From Pseudomonas phage Itty13: a DNA stretch of 61,818 nucleotides. A program made the translations under genes and the position numbers. The notes under the pieces are model-generated. The model was not told the origin of the DNA and did not search any database. It saw nothing but the letters and a program-made list of their open reading frames with translations. The DNA is taken from sequence record MW460249.1; one strand, 5' to 3'. Shown in pieces: positions 1-12,000 of the stretch; the first letter of the stretch is position 1; each line of letters starts with the position of its first letter.

Positions 1-3000
1 CGCGCTTGTTCCACCGCTGTTTGGACATGGCGGTGTTGTACTTCTTCAGCGCGGCGGCCTCGGCCTCCTTCCGCGCGTCGCCGGTCAGGCCGTCGTCGCG
101 GATTTCCTGCATGTCCTTTTCGTACTGCCGCTCAGCCTTGCGGCCGGCGATGTCCAGGGCTTGCCCAAGGTTCTCCATCAGAATGGTGTCCAGCTCCTCG
201 GTCATCTGCTTGTAGGCGTCGCGGACCTCGCGGTACTGCGCCTGCAACTCGGGCGACAGCTTGCGGAAGCGCTCGGCCAGAGCCTTATGCGCCTCGCGGC
301 GCTGCTCGTCGGCCGCCTTCTTGGCGAAGGCCTCCATGGCGGCCTCGCTGTTCGGCCGGTACTGCATCACCTGCTCGTCGGCCTTGGTGATCGAGGTTTT
401 GAACGGCTCGGCCGGGTCGGTTTGCGCCAGGGTGGCCTCGTGCATGATGTCGGCCATCTCCTGCGCGCCCTTGCGGTCGAAGGCGATCAGCTTCAGCCAG
501 CGCTGGGCGATGGTGTCGAACTGCTGGTGCTTCTTCGAGCGGTAGGCGTCCATGTCGCGCTTCAGGTTCAGGTACTCCTGGGCCGGCTGGTTCCCGCCGG
601 CCAGCTCCTCGACCATTCGGTCCATGGGCGCCAGGGCCAGGACGCTCCACCGGCCGCCGCTGCGCGGCCCGGCCATGGCGTCGGTCAGCTTCCGGCTAAA
701 CCAGCCTTCCACCTCGGTATCGCTCGGCGCGTTCTCCGGCAGGCTGGCGATGGAGTACCGCTCCCCGTCCATCGAGGAGGCGCCCGGCGCCTGGGCCTCG
801 CTGCGGATCGCGGCCAGCGCCATGGCGCGCAGTTGCGCCGGCGTGACCTGCCCGAGCTGCACGCCGAAGGTGCGGAACAGGAAGTCCTTGATGGCGCCGA
901 TCACGTCGTCCACCCAGCGGCGAACGGCCGCCGGCGCGCTCTCGTACTCCTCGATGGCGTAGGCGCCGAACTCCTCGACCGCCAGCACGTCGCTCATCGG
1001 CAGGTAGCGCTGGGCGGTCTCGACGCGGGCACGGGCGGCGTCGAAGAACTGGCGCGCGCGGCCGTTCGACTTCTCGAACTGCTTGTACAGTTGCTCCAAG
1101 CGGACCATGAGCTGCGCCCAGCGGCGCGTCCCGACCAGCGGCCGGGCGCCGGAGTGGAACATCTCGTGCAGCAGGACGGCCAGGGCATTCTGCGGCGTGA
1201 CGTTGGCGGCGACCATATGGACGCTGCCGTCGTCGTAGGTCTTGGCCTGCATGCCCGGCACGCTCGCGCCCGGCACGGTGCTGGCGTCGGCATGCACGAC
1301 CAGCCGGCCGGCATCCATCAGCTTCTGCAACTGCGCGCCCAGCGGGCCGCTGGTGAGCACATCGCGAATGCGCTCGGGGCTCGCCGGCGCCGACAGGCTC
1401 ATCAGCTCGTAGCGCAGGTCCGGGCGACGGTAGTACCGATCATTCACGGACGGATCGTCCGGCTCCACCATGATCGTGCGAACGTCGTTGAGCATGGTGT
1501 GGTTGTAGTAGGTGATCCGACCGTCCGAGGTCTCGCGCAGCGTGACCATGGTGGTGATCGGCTCGCCATCCACGCGGATGCGGCGACCGAGGTAGTGGTA
1601 GGTGACGCCGTCAGCCTCGCGGCGGCCCAGGTACGGCGCGCCTTCCACGATGCGATCCAGCATCGGAATGGACTTCACCTTCGCCGGGTCGTTGCTGTTC
1701 GCCCGGCTCTTGGTGATGCCGGCCCGGTTGAAGTTGATGGCGCCGAGCTTCTGGTGCTGCATGGAGATGCCGCGCTTTGCCAGCAGGTCGTCGAAGACAC
1801 GGGCGCGAGCGTCCGCCACCGGCATGCTGGCGATTTCCGCCGGCGTGCGCAGGTCGATAGCGTCGGAGCGGATCAGCTCGTACATGCCGTCCGGCTGGAC
1901 GCTGAAGCGCTCGCCGTCCACCACGGCATCCACGCGGGCACCATCGTTCAGCGCGCGCTGGAGCTGGTCGGCGACCGAGGCCTTGACATCCGGCTGCTGC
2001 GGCGGCGTCTCCTTCTTCTTCGGCTTCAACTGGCCGAGCACGTCGTTATGGCGGGTCTTGGCCTGGGCCAGCTCGTCGCGCTTCGCCCAGTCGGCGGCCT
2101 GCTCCTCCAGTTTCGGGATGTCAGCCTGGGCGCGGGCCTTGCGCTGCTCGACCTGCTCGATGGCGCCGCCCAGGTCCTTGACGGTGTTGGTCACGCGCAT
2201 GGACAGGCCGAGCGGATCGGTGTCGAGTTCAAAGGCGGCGGTATAGGTGCCATCGCCCACGACCTGCGCCTCGTAGCGCTCCTTGGTGATGCGCTCCAGG
2301 CGAATTGTGAAGTCGCCGTAGCGGCCGATCTCGGCCTCCTCGGTTCCATTCGCCTCCATCTTGGCGGCCTGGGCCAGGATCGCCTCGCCGGCGTCCTTGC
2401 GCTTGTCGAACTCCTTGCCGTTGATGGTGATGACGAACTCCTTGGGCAGCTCGCGCTTTGCATCGGCGCGCAGCTCGTCCAGCAGGCGGTCAGCGCGCTC
2501 GATGCTGCGCTTCGCCGAGCGGACGCTGTCGCGCAGGCGGAACTGCTCGCGCTCGTGGTTCATCCGCTCGTTTTCGAGCTTCCTGATCTTCTGGCGCAGG
2601 CTCATCTCTTCGAGGATCAGCGGGTTGCCGCTGGCGGCCGCCTTCATCTCGGCGGCGTTCGCGGCCTCGCCGGCAACGTCCTCGATCTCGCGGGTGCCGG
2701 ACGCGCCCTTGCGCACCTGCTCGATGAAGTTGGCCTTGCCCTCGATGGTCTGCCACATGCGGCTGTCCAGGGTCTGCTTCGTGGCGTAGCGGAAGATCGC
2801 CACCTCGAAGCCCTCGGGGTCGCGCTCGTACAGCTTGTTGCCCTGGCGGATGATCCGCCCCTCGCGCTGCTCAAGATCGGACGGGCGCCACGGCGCGTCC
2901 ATGTGGTGCAGGGCGACCAGCCGGTCCTGCACGTTGGTGCCGGCGCCCATCTTCGCGGTGGAGCCGAACAGGAAGCGCACGCGGCCGGAGCGGACCTTGC

Positions 3001-6000
3001 CGAAAAGCTCCTCCTTCTGGAGGTCGGTCTTGGCGTCGTGGATGAAGGCGATCTCGTCGGCCGGGATGCCCTTGGCGATCAGCTTCTGCTTCAGGTCGTC
3101 ATAGACCGAGAAGTCACTGTCCAGGGCCATCAGCTCGTCGGGGCTGACCTTATCCAGCTCGGCGGCCGCGTCCTCGTCTCCCTCGTCGGCCCGGCGTGCG
3201 AGGTCGCGCAGGCGCTCGGCCTCGGCGGAACGAGCGTTCTTCGGCGTGGACAGGTCGATGAAGACCAGTTGCGTGCCGCGATCCTCGTGGAACTTGTCGT
3301 AGAGCGCGCGCATGTTGCCGGCGGCGACGTTGACCTTGCTGCCCTCGTAATCCGGGTAGCTCGGGTCGATCAGGCGCATATCCAGGGCGGCCTTCCGGGC
3401 GTCGCCCATGATCTTCAGCATGTTGTCCGAACCCTTCTCCGCCTTCTTCGGCAGGTTCTCGGAGCGCCAAACCAGCGTGCCGCGCGGGTAATCGTCGGTG
3501 TCGTTGCCGTCCGCGTCCTTGATCGGCTCGCCGATGTAGTTGGCCTGGTCCTGGCTGCGCGGGACGACGACGTTCTCCGGCTTGCCGCCGCGCACCTTCG
3601 GCACCGGCAGCTTCTTGCCCTGGGCGGCGAGCATGCGGTTGATGTCCGCGCGGTTCACCACGTCGGCGAAGGAGCCGTAGCGCTGCATCAGCTCCGGCAT
3701 GTTCACGAATTTCGCGAACCGGCTGTTCATCTTGTACTTGCCGGACGGCGACAGCTCCCAGTCGGTCACGACCTCGCCGAACATGCGCGCCCAGGCGTCG
3801 AAGTGGCTCAGGCCCTGGCCCTTCAGGTTCACATAGTCGAGATACCGCTGCATGGTGTACATCTCGGCCATGGTGTTGCTGATCGGCGTGCCGGTGGCGA
3901 AGACCACGTTGCGGCCGCCGGTGGCCTTCAGCACCTGCCGGACCTTCAGGAACAGGTCGGCCGCCTTCTGGCTGCCGGTCTGCGTGCCCAGGCCTGCGAC
4001 GCGGTTCATGGAGGTGGAGAACGCGAGGTTCTTGAACTCGTGCGCCTCGTCCACGAACAAGGCGTCCACGCCCAGCTCGCCCCAGTACAGGCTGTCGTCC
4101 TTGTTGTCGGCGTCGATCAGCTTCTTCAGCTTCTCCTGCAAGGCGTCGCGGCGCTTCTGCGTCTCCTTGACGTTCCGGCTGTTCTTGCCGTCCACCTGAC
4201 GCATCAGCTCGATGGAGGCGTCGAGGTCATCGACCTGCTCCTGAATGAATGCGGCCTGCTCGTGCGGCTCCACCTCGACCTTGCCGAAACTTGTGTGCGC
4301 GACGATCACCGCGTCCCAGTCGCCGGTGGCGATCCGGGCGAACAGGCGCTTGCGGTTCTCCTTCTCGAAGTCCTTCTTGGTCGCCGCGAGCACGTTGGCG
4401 CCAGGGTAGAGCTTGGTGAAGTCGGCCGCCCACTGGCTGACGAGGTGGTTCGGCACCACGAACATGGGCTTCTTGGCGAGGCCCATGCGGCGCAGCTCCA
4501 TCGCGCCGGCGACCATGGTGAAGGTCTTGCCGGCGCCGACGACGTGGTCCAGCAGGGTCGTGTCAGCCTGCACGATCCGCCACACGGCGTTCCCCTGGTG
4601 CGGGCGCAGGGAGATGATGTCGTCGCCGACCTTGCCGGGGAACGTGAGGTGCGAGCCGTCGTAGTCGCGCGCGACGTTGGTGTTGTAGGTGTCGTTGTAG
4701 ATGCGGCCCAGGCGCTCGCGCCGGGCATCGTCAGCCCACACCCAACGATCCCAGGCCTCCTTGACCGCGTTCACCTTGTCGTTGGCGAGCTGGGTTTCGC
4801 CCTCGTTCAGGGTGCGGCTGCCGTCCGGGTGCGAGTCGTAGACCTGTAGGGTCTTCTGGTTCGCCGCGGCTTCGAGGATGCCGGTCAGGGTGACGCGGCC
4901 GGTGGCGAAGCGCTGGTCGGCTGCGGTGGTGGCATCGACGTTCAGGAACGACCACTTCGCGGTCGCCGGGTTGTAGATGGCGCGGGCGCGGCTGCCCTCG
5001 GCGACGTGGTTGGCGAACTCGGCCATCACTTCCTGCGGCACCCATGGGGCGCCCGGCTTGACGTTGATGTCCACAGCCTCGATGTCGGCCGGCTGCACAC
5101 CTTCCAGGGCTTCGACGTTCGCGGCGAATGCCGGATCGCTCTTGGCCGCCTCGCGGGCCTTGGCCAGCTTCGCCTTCACGTTCCCGCTCAGGTACTCGTC
5201 GCGGGTGACGTAGCCCTTCACCGGGTCCTGATAGACGAGGTCGCCAAGCTCCTTGACGATGGTGTCCGGCGACTTGCCGTACAGCTCGCTCATCAGGTCG
5301 AGGTCTACGCGGCCGGTCTCGGCGAGGCTGGCGACCAGGGCGTCCTTCGCCGACGCGGCGCTGGTCGGCGCCTGATACGGCTGCTGGGTGCGCTTGCTGA
5401 AGATCGCCGCCTTCTGCGCGCTCGGCTTGCGAGCCTCCTCGCCGGTCTTCTTCGCCATGGCGGCGGACAGCCCCTTGTCGAAGTTGTCCTCCAGGGCGGA
5501 GAGCTGCGGCCACGTCGGATCGTCGCGGAACAGGCGCTTGTTGGCGTCGAGGTTGATCGGGCCGTTCGCCTTGACGAAGGCGTCATAGGCCGCGTTCAGC
5601 TCCTTGCGGGCGGCCTCGATCCGCTTGTCGGTGGCGCTCGGGTCCAGTTGCAGGCCGCGCAGGCGGGCCAGCACGTCGCGGATGCCGATCATGCCGACGA
5701 CGCGCTCGCGGGCCTTCTCGTTCGGGAAGGTCACGGCCTCGGCGGTGTTCTCGCCCAGCACGTCCTCGCCGCGCACCTTCACGGTGTCGCCGTCGAGGAA
5801 CATGGAGCCGACGCGCACGTTCTCGGCGCGCACGGTCTCGGCGGTCTCCGGCTTCACCGCCGCCGCCTGGGTCATGACGCCCTCGGGCAGGCGGTCGATG
5901 GCGCGCGCCAGCTCGGCCTGGGTGTCCTGGCCCTCGCGGGCGACCAGGGCGGGCTCGCCGTCGCGGTACATGGAGCCGTAGGCGCCGAAGTCGCCGAGCA

Positions 6001-9000
6001 TCATTTCCGGGTGGCGGTGGAAATACTCGTTCAGCGGAACGGTGTTGCCGTCCTTGTCGGTGTAGTCGCGCACCTCCATCCAGCTCTCGCCGGCTGGCTG
6101 CTCGCCCTCGGCGCGGCGGCGCATGAAGATGATGTCCGTGGTCACGGACGTGCCGGCGTTCGCCATGAAGGCGTCGTTCGGCAGGCGGATCGCGCCCAGG
6201 AAGTCGGCGCGGTCGGCCATGTAGCGGCGTGCCTTGTCGCCCGGCACGTCCATCATGCGGTTGGTCACGACCATGGCCAGCACGCCGCCGGGGCGCAGGC
6301 CGTCCAGGCTCTTGGCGAAGAAATAGTTGTGGATACTGAAGCCGCTCAGGTCCTTGCGGCGACCGTCGTACAGGCTCTCGCGGCCGAACGGCGGGTTGCC
6401 GATGGCGACATCGAAGTAGCCGTCAGGGATCAGGTAGTCCTGATAGCCCATGCGGGCGATCTTCGCCTCGGGATAGAGCTGGGTGGCGATTCCGCTGGTG
6501 ATGTGGTCCAGCTCCACGCCGTTCAACGCGGCGGCCTTGCGCAGCTCGTGCGGCATCAGGCCGAAGAAGTTGCCGGCGCCGACAGACGGCTCCAGCACCC
6601 GGCCACCGTTGAAGCCCAGGCGGGACACGGCGCCCCACATGGCGCGCACGATCTCCGGCGCGGTGTAGTGGGCGTTCTTCGAGGAGGATGCGGCGGCGCG
6701 GTATTCGTCGGCGGTCAGCAGGCCCTTCAGCTCGCCGACCTCGCTATCCCAGCCCTTGCTGGCGCTGCCGTCGCTGCGCTCGAAGGCCTGCGGGATGCCG
6801 CCCCAGCCGACGTATTTCGCCAGGATCGCCTGCTCGTCGGCGGTGGCGGCGCGGCCCTCGGCCTCCAACTGCTTCAGCAGGCGGATCGCCGCGACGTTGT
6901 TCCGGTATTTGGTCTTGGCGCCGCCCTGGCCGATCTCGTCGGCCTCGGTGATGGTGTAGTTCGCAGGGCGCTGCTCGGCGACGACGCCCCGCGACGGTGT
7001 TACGCCGCGCGGCTCTCGATCACCCCGTCCTCGGGATCGGGCTGGATTACCTGCATCGCCTCGTTGAACAGCGCTCCGGTCGCCGCCTCGTCCGCTTCGG
7101 TCTGCTCCTGCGGCGGGAACAGGTACAGCTCCCTCGTCGCTTCCCAGGCCTCGTGCGTCGTCATCCCGGCCGCTTCCAGCTCGCTCATTTCCGCGTGCGT
7201 CCGCTCCGCCGCTTCGCGCAGGGCGTTCCCGAGCTGGTTCTTGGCTTGCAGCTCCTTGTACCGATTCGGCAGGTGCTCCTTCCAGTGCTCCCGTGCTTGG
7301 CTGATCCAACTGTTCAGGTTCATTCGTGATCTCCATGGCCGGGCGGCGCATCTCCGGGGAAATGCCGCTGGCCTCCTGCATGATCATAGCAGCCAAGTCG
7401 GCGGCGGAAAGGTCCACCGGCGCCCAGCGGTTCGTTGCGGACGTGGCGAAGCGGTCGCCGGCCTTGCCGGACACGCGGAACATCACCTGCACGCCGCTGG
7501 GCGTGGTCGGGACGACGCCGCGCAGAGAGCCGCCGCCGATGGTGACATAGGCGTTGGCGCCGGTCTCCGGGTTGCGCATGGTCAGGGACACGTCGCCGCT
7601 AACGGCGATACCGGCCTCGTTCTTCGAGACAGGCTTCTCCAGGCGCCCCTTCTTGTCCTCGTGCGGCATGAAACCGTTGGGCTGCAACACGTCGGCCACG
7701 GCGCGCAGGTAGGAGGTCGCGTCCTTCAGGAACGCCTCTTTGGCCTTCTCGCCCTCGTCGGTGTAGCCGTCGATGTGATCGACGCCGAAATCCTGGGTCA
7801 GCGTGCGGTCGGACGCGGCGCCGGTCTTCACGGTGCGCTTCCGGGGCTTCTTCACCTCGGAGCCGAGCGCGCGGGCCTCCTCCTTCGGCAGCTCGCGGTT
7901 CAGCTCGGCATGCTCGCGCGCGGAGTCTTCCACGCTGGTCATGCCCTCGGTGTCGAGGCCCGGATAGTTCCGGGCGCCCTCCCAAAAGCTCAGCAGGTAC
8001 GGCTTGATCTTGTCGCCGAAGTCATCGGTCATCAGCTTGGCGTACTGGCCGAAGCTGCGCACGCCGGCCTCGATGTAGGCGCCGGCGATGGTCATGCCGT
8101 CGATCAGCACCTCTGGATCGATGCCGCTGTTCAACTGGCTCATCTTCGACTTCAGGCGGGCGCGGGCGGCGGCCACCTTGTCGGCGGTGAACAGCTTGTT
8201 GTCGGCGAAGATGTCGGCGGGCGCCTTGCCCTCGGTCGCGGCAGTGCCTATATTCTCAGGTGCGCCGGTCTCGCGGCTAGCTGTGTCATCCGCGAGTTTC
8301 GTAGTGGCGGTGTCCGTCCTAGCGTCACTACCGGCGTCTTTCACCTCATAGGCCGTCAGCAGCCAAGTCTTCGCATCCCCGTCCCAGGTCAGCCGCACGA
8401 TTGCCGTGCCCGACTTGTCGCGCAGGCGGATGCGGTTCTTCCCAGCCTGGGTGTCATCCTTCGATAGGCGCGAAATAAAGCCTTGCAGGTCGCCCAGCAC
8501 TTCCGGGTGCTTGGCGGCGATCTTCGCCAGCCCCATGCCTTCCTTGCCATTGCCCGGAGCCTCGCCCCACACGAGGTCGATGTCGCCCACGTCAGGGTGA
8601 TGCAGCGCTGCGGTCGCTTCGCCGGTCTTGTCGGCCATCAGGCGCTCGATGGCGGCCTGGGCGTTGTGCCGGTACTGGTCGTGGATGGGTCCGAACGGCC
8701 CGGTGTGTTGCGCTTCCGGCGCTCTCGTTTCGCTTTCCGAAACACTCGGGGCAGCAGAAGTCGCGCCGTTGTCCAGCGTGGCGCTCGGGAACTCGGCGAC
8801 AGCGGGCAGCAGGTCGCGGATCGGCGCGTCCAGGCGGATGATGCGCACGTCCTCTCCGGCGTCGCGCTTGGCGAGCCACTGGTGATGACCGTCCAGCACA
8901 TGGCCGTCGCTGGAGACGAGAATGGCGCGGTCGCCGCCGGTGAACTCCTTCGCCTGGGCGACCTTCTCGGGCGAGAACTCCGCCTGCGTCGGCTTCAGGC

Positions 9001-12000
9001 TGTCGGCTGGGACGGTCTGCTCCTCGTGCGCGATGCCGCGCGCGTTCAGGAAGTTGACCATGGCGCCGCGATGCTCGGCCTTGATCTGCGGCATCTCGGC
9101 TCGCGGCACGCTCAGGGTGCCGGAGTCTGGCGCGAAGGCGGACCACTCGCCGTCGATGTCCTGGCCGCGCATGTCTCCGCCGGCTTCGTCCTGGGTCTGC
9201 TGCTTGGCGTAGGTGACGCCGGCGCGGCTGGCTCGCTCCAGCTCGGCCCGGCTCAGGTTGGTCCGGGAGTTTGTTTCCGCATTGCGGACGACGACCTCGC
9301 CGTTCTTCTCGATGCGCTCGATGACGTAGGGCTTTCCGCCGGAGGCATAGCCGACATCGGCGGACGGCACGATGGTGTCGCCGACCTCGGCGCCGATCAG
9401 CTTGCGAGCGCGGTTGATGTGGCCAGAGGTCTTCGGCTGTTCCTGCTGCGCGGTAGGCGCCTGGGCGGCCGGCTCTTGCTCGGCAGGCGCCTTGCGTTTC
9501 TGGATGATCAGCTTTCCATCGACTGCCTTGGTGCGGAACTCCAGGCCAGGATTGAACTTCCGCATGTCTACGACGGCTTCCATGACCTCCTTTCGGCTGC
9601 GGTCGGTGAAGCCGGGCACGGCTTCCCAACCGTCCTGGGGCGCCTTCTCGCGGATCTCGAAGCGCGAGCGGCCGGCTTCGACAACCTCGTGACTGTCGGC
9701 CAGCTTCTTCTTGGCGATGAAGGCGTCGGCCTTCTCGCGGCTACCGAACCACTTCACGGGCGCCTGCTCGACCGGCTGCTCCGCCTTCACCTCCGGGGAG
9801 GCCTGCTGCTCGGGCTGCGCCGGCTGCTCCTCGACCGGAGCGGCCTGGGCCTTTTTCGCCTCGATGGCGGCCTCTACCTTGCGGCGCTCCTGAATGAGCG
9901 TCTTGTTCCATCCGCCAGCGTTGCGGGCCTGACCGGCGAGATACTTCAGGCGCTCGCGCAGCTCGGGCTCGTCCATCTCCTCGTAGGTGCGCGCGGGCTT
10001 GCGCTCCTCGGGAGCGGGCTCGGCCACCTGTTCGGTTTCGCCGAACAACTGCGGTTGCTCGGCCGCCTGTTCGGCCTGGGCTGGTGCCGGCTCCTCCGCC
10101 GGCTGTGCGGGCTGCTGCTCCTGCGCGGGCGCGGCAGGCTCCTCGACAGGCGCCGGCTGGGCGGCCTGCTGGGCGGCGGCTGCCTGCTCCTCGGGCACGA
10201 CGGTGACGGCGCCGGAGGCGACCTCGTCGGCGGTGATCTGATAGCTCTGGCCGTCGTCGCCACGGATCATCATGCCTTCCGGGGTCTCGGAGACCACGGC
10301 GCCGGTGATCGGATCGACACCTTCGGCGACCAGGGCGACACGGCGGCCATCGGCGGCGCTCTCGTCGGCGCGGCCGGGCTGGGCGCTCTGGAGCGCGCGA
10401 CCGAGCGGGCCGGACGGTGCCGGCTGCGGCGCGGGCTGGGGAGCGGGCTGGGGAGCGGGCTGGGGCTCCGGCTGCGGCGCGGGCGGGGCGGCCTGGACCT
10501 CCTGCGGTGCCTCGGCGGCCGGGGTCGTCTCAGCCTGGGCGGCCGGAGTGGTCGCTGCCGGCTGAGCGGCCGGGGTGGCGCCGTCCTCGCTGACGGTAGG
10601 CTCGATGCGCTCGCGCTGCTCCGCCGGCTTGCGGCTGGTCAGCTTCTCGGCGCCGGCGAACGTGCCACCCAAGGCGCCGCCGGTCATGGCGCCGATGATG
10701 GCGCTGTCGCGCACCTGTACCAGCGCTTCCTTCAAGGTCATGTCCGGGCTGATGTAGCCCTTGTCGATGCCGGCCTGGAGCGCGGCAGTCACCGCCTCCT
10801 GAGCGCCCTCCAAGACGGTGCCTTCGAGCGCCTTTTTCATGATGCCGGCGCCGGGCTTGAGCAGGCGTCCGAGAACAAGCGCCTCGGGTGCAGCCTCGGC
10901 GGCGGCAGTCAGCAGGGCATAGGTCTGCGCCTGCTCCTCGCTCAGGCCGTTCTCTCGGCCGGTGGCGTAGGCCTGACCGCCCACCTGTCCGCCCATGATG
11001 GCGGTTGCGATGCGCGGATTTCGGGTGACGACGGCAGCAGCCAGCATCGGCGCCATCTCGGCCAGCGAGCCGATGGCGGCGCTGCCGTAGTAGGCCATGC
11101 TCTCCGGCTCGGGGCGAACCTCGACCATCGTCTTCTTGGTCTGCTCGCGCCAGTCACGCGCGAAGGCCGAAATCTCCTTCGGGTTGATGATGCCGGCGGC
11201 GTCGAGCTGCTTCAGTTGCTGCTCGTTGAGCGACTGGGCGATGTTCTGCTTGACGGTGCGCAGCGCTTCGGGAATCGGCGTCTTCGGGTCGATCAGCTTC
11301 TCGTTGCCGGCCCAGGCCAGCAGCTTCATGTCGCCGGGCGTGATGCCGTACTGGCGCGCGCGGTCAGCGATGAAGCGCTCGCGCTCCAGGCCCAGGTCCT
11401 CGCCCGCCATCTGGATTAGGCCGGCAATCGACTGCTGGAAGCGCTCTGGCACGTTGGCCAGCGATGCGCCCGTGGCTTCGAGGAAACCCTGATACTCGCG
11501 GGTGTCCTTCGGCGGCAGGCCGGCGGCCAGACGGTTCTGGTTCTCCAGGGTGAGCGGCGACGGCTGGGCCTCGGCCTGCTGTTGCTGCTGGCGCTGCTGG
11601 TTCTCGATGGTGAGCGGAGACGGTGCGCTGACCTGAACAAACGGCTGGGTGGCGGCGAGCGCATCGCCCTGCATCATGGCCGCGCGGCGCTGGTAACGCT
11701 CGACCTGATCGGGCGTCAGCGCCGTGTAACGGCCGGGCTCCTCCTCGTCGAGCATCTTCTGGAGCTGCGCGACGGCCTGGGGCTGATCCGGGTTGGCGGG
11801 CGCACCAGCGCCAGCGGTGCCGGTCGGCGTGAACTGGCCGCCCCACTTGGCGACCTTCTCCATCACTTCCTCGCCGTAGCGAGCGGTCTTCGGCCCCCAC
11901 TGGCGGCGATCCGGGCCGGCGAAGTGCTCCTTGACCGCATCCTCCATGGAGTAACCCTTGTCCAGGCGCTCGCGTATCTGGCGCGCGGCGGCGTCGATGG

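Noticed and set aside
161-11419. Very long plus-strand ORFs (161..4849, 5006..8467, 8483..11419; also 11582..13705)
   Set aside because: Their translations are L/R/G/A/V/H-rich low complexity, typical of the antisense strand of a high-GC gene. The minus strand in the complementary phase encodes clean helicase, MTase, ParB and SLT motifs. They are shadow ORFs of the giant minus-strand gene.
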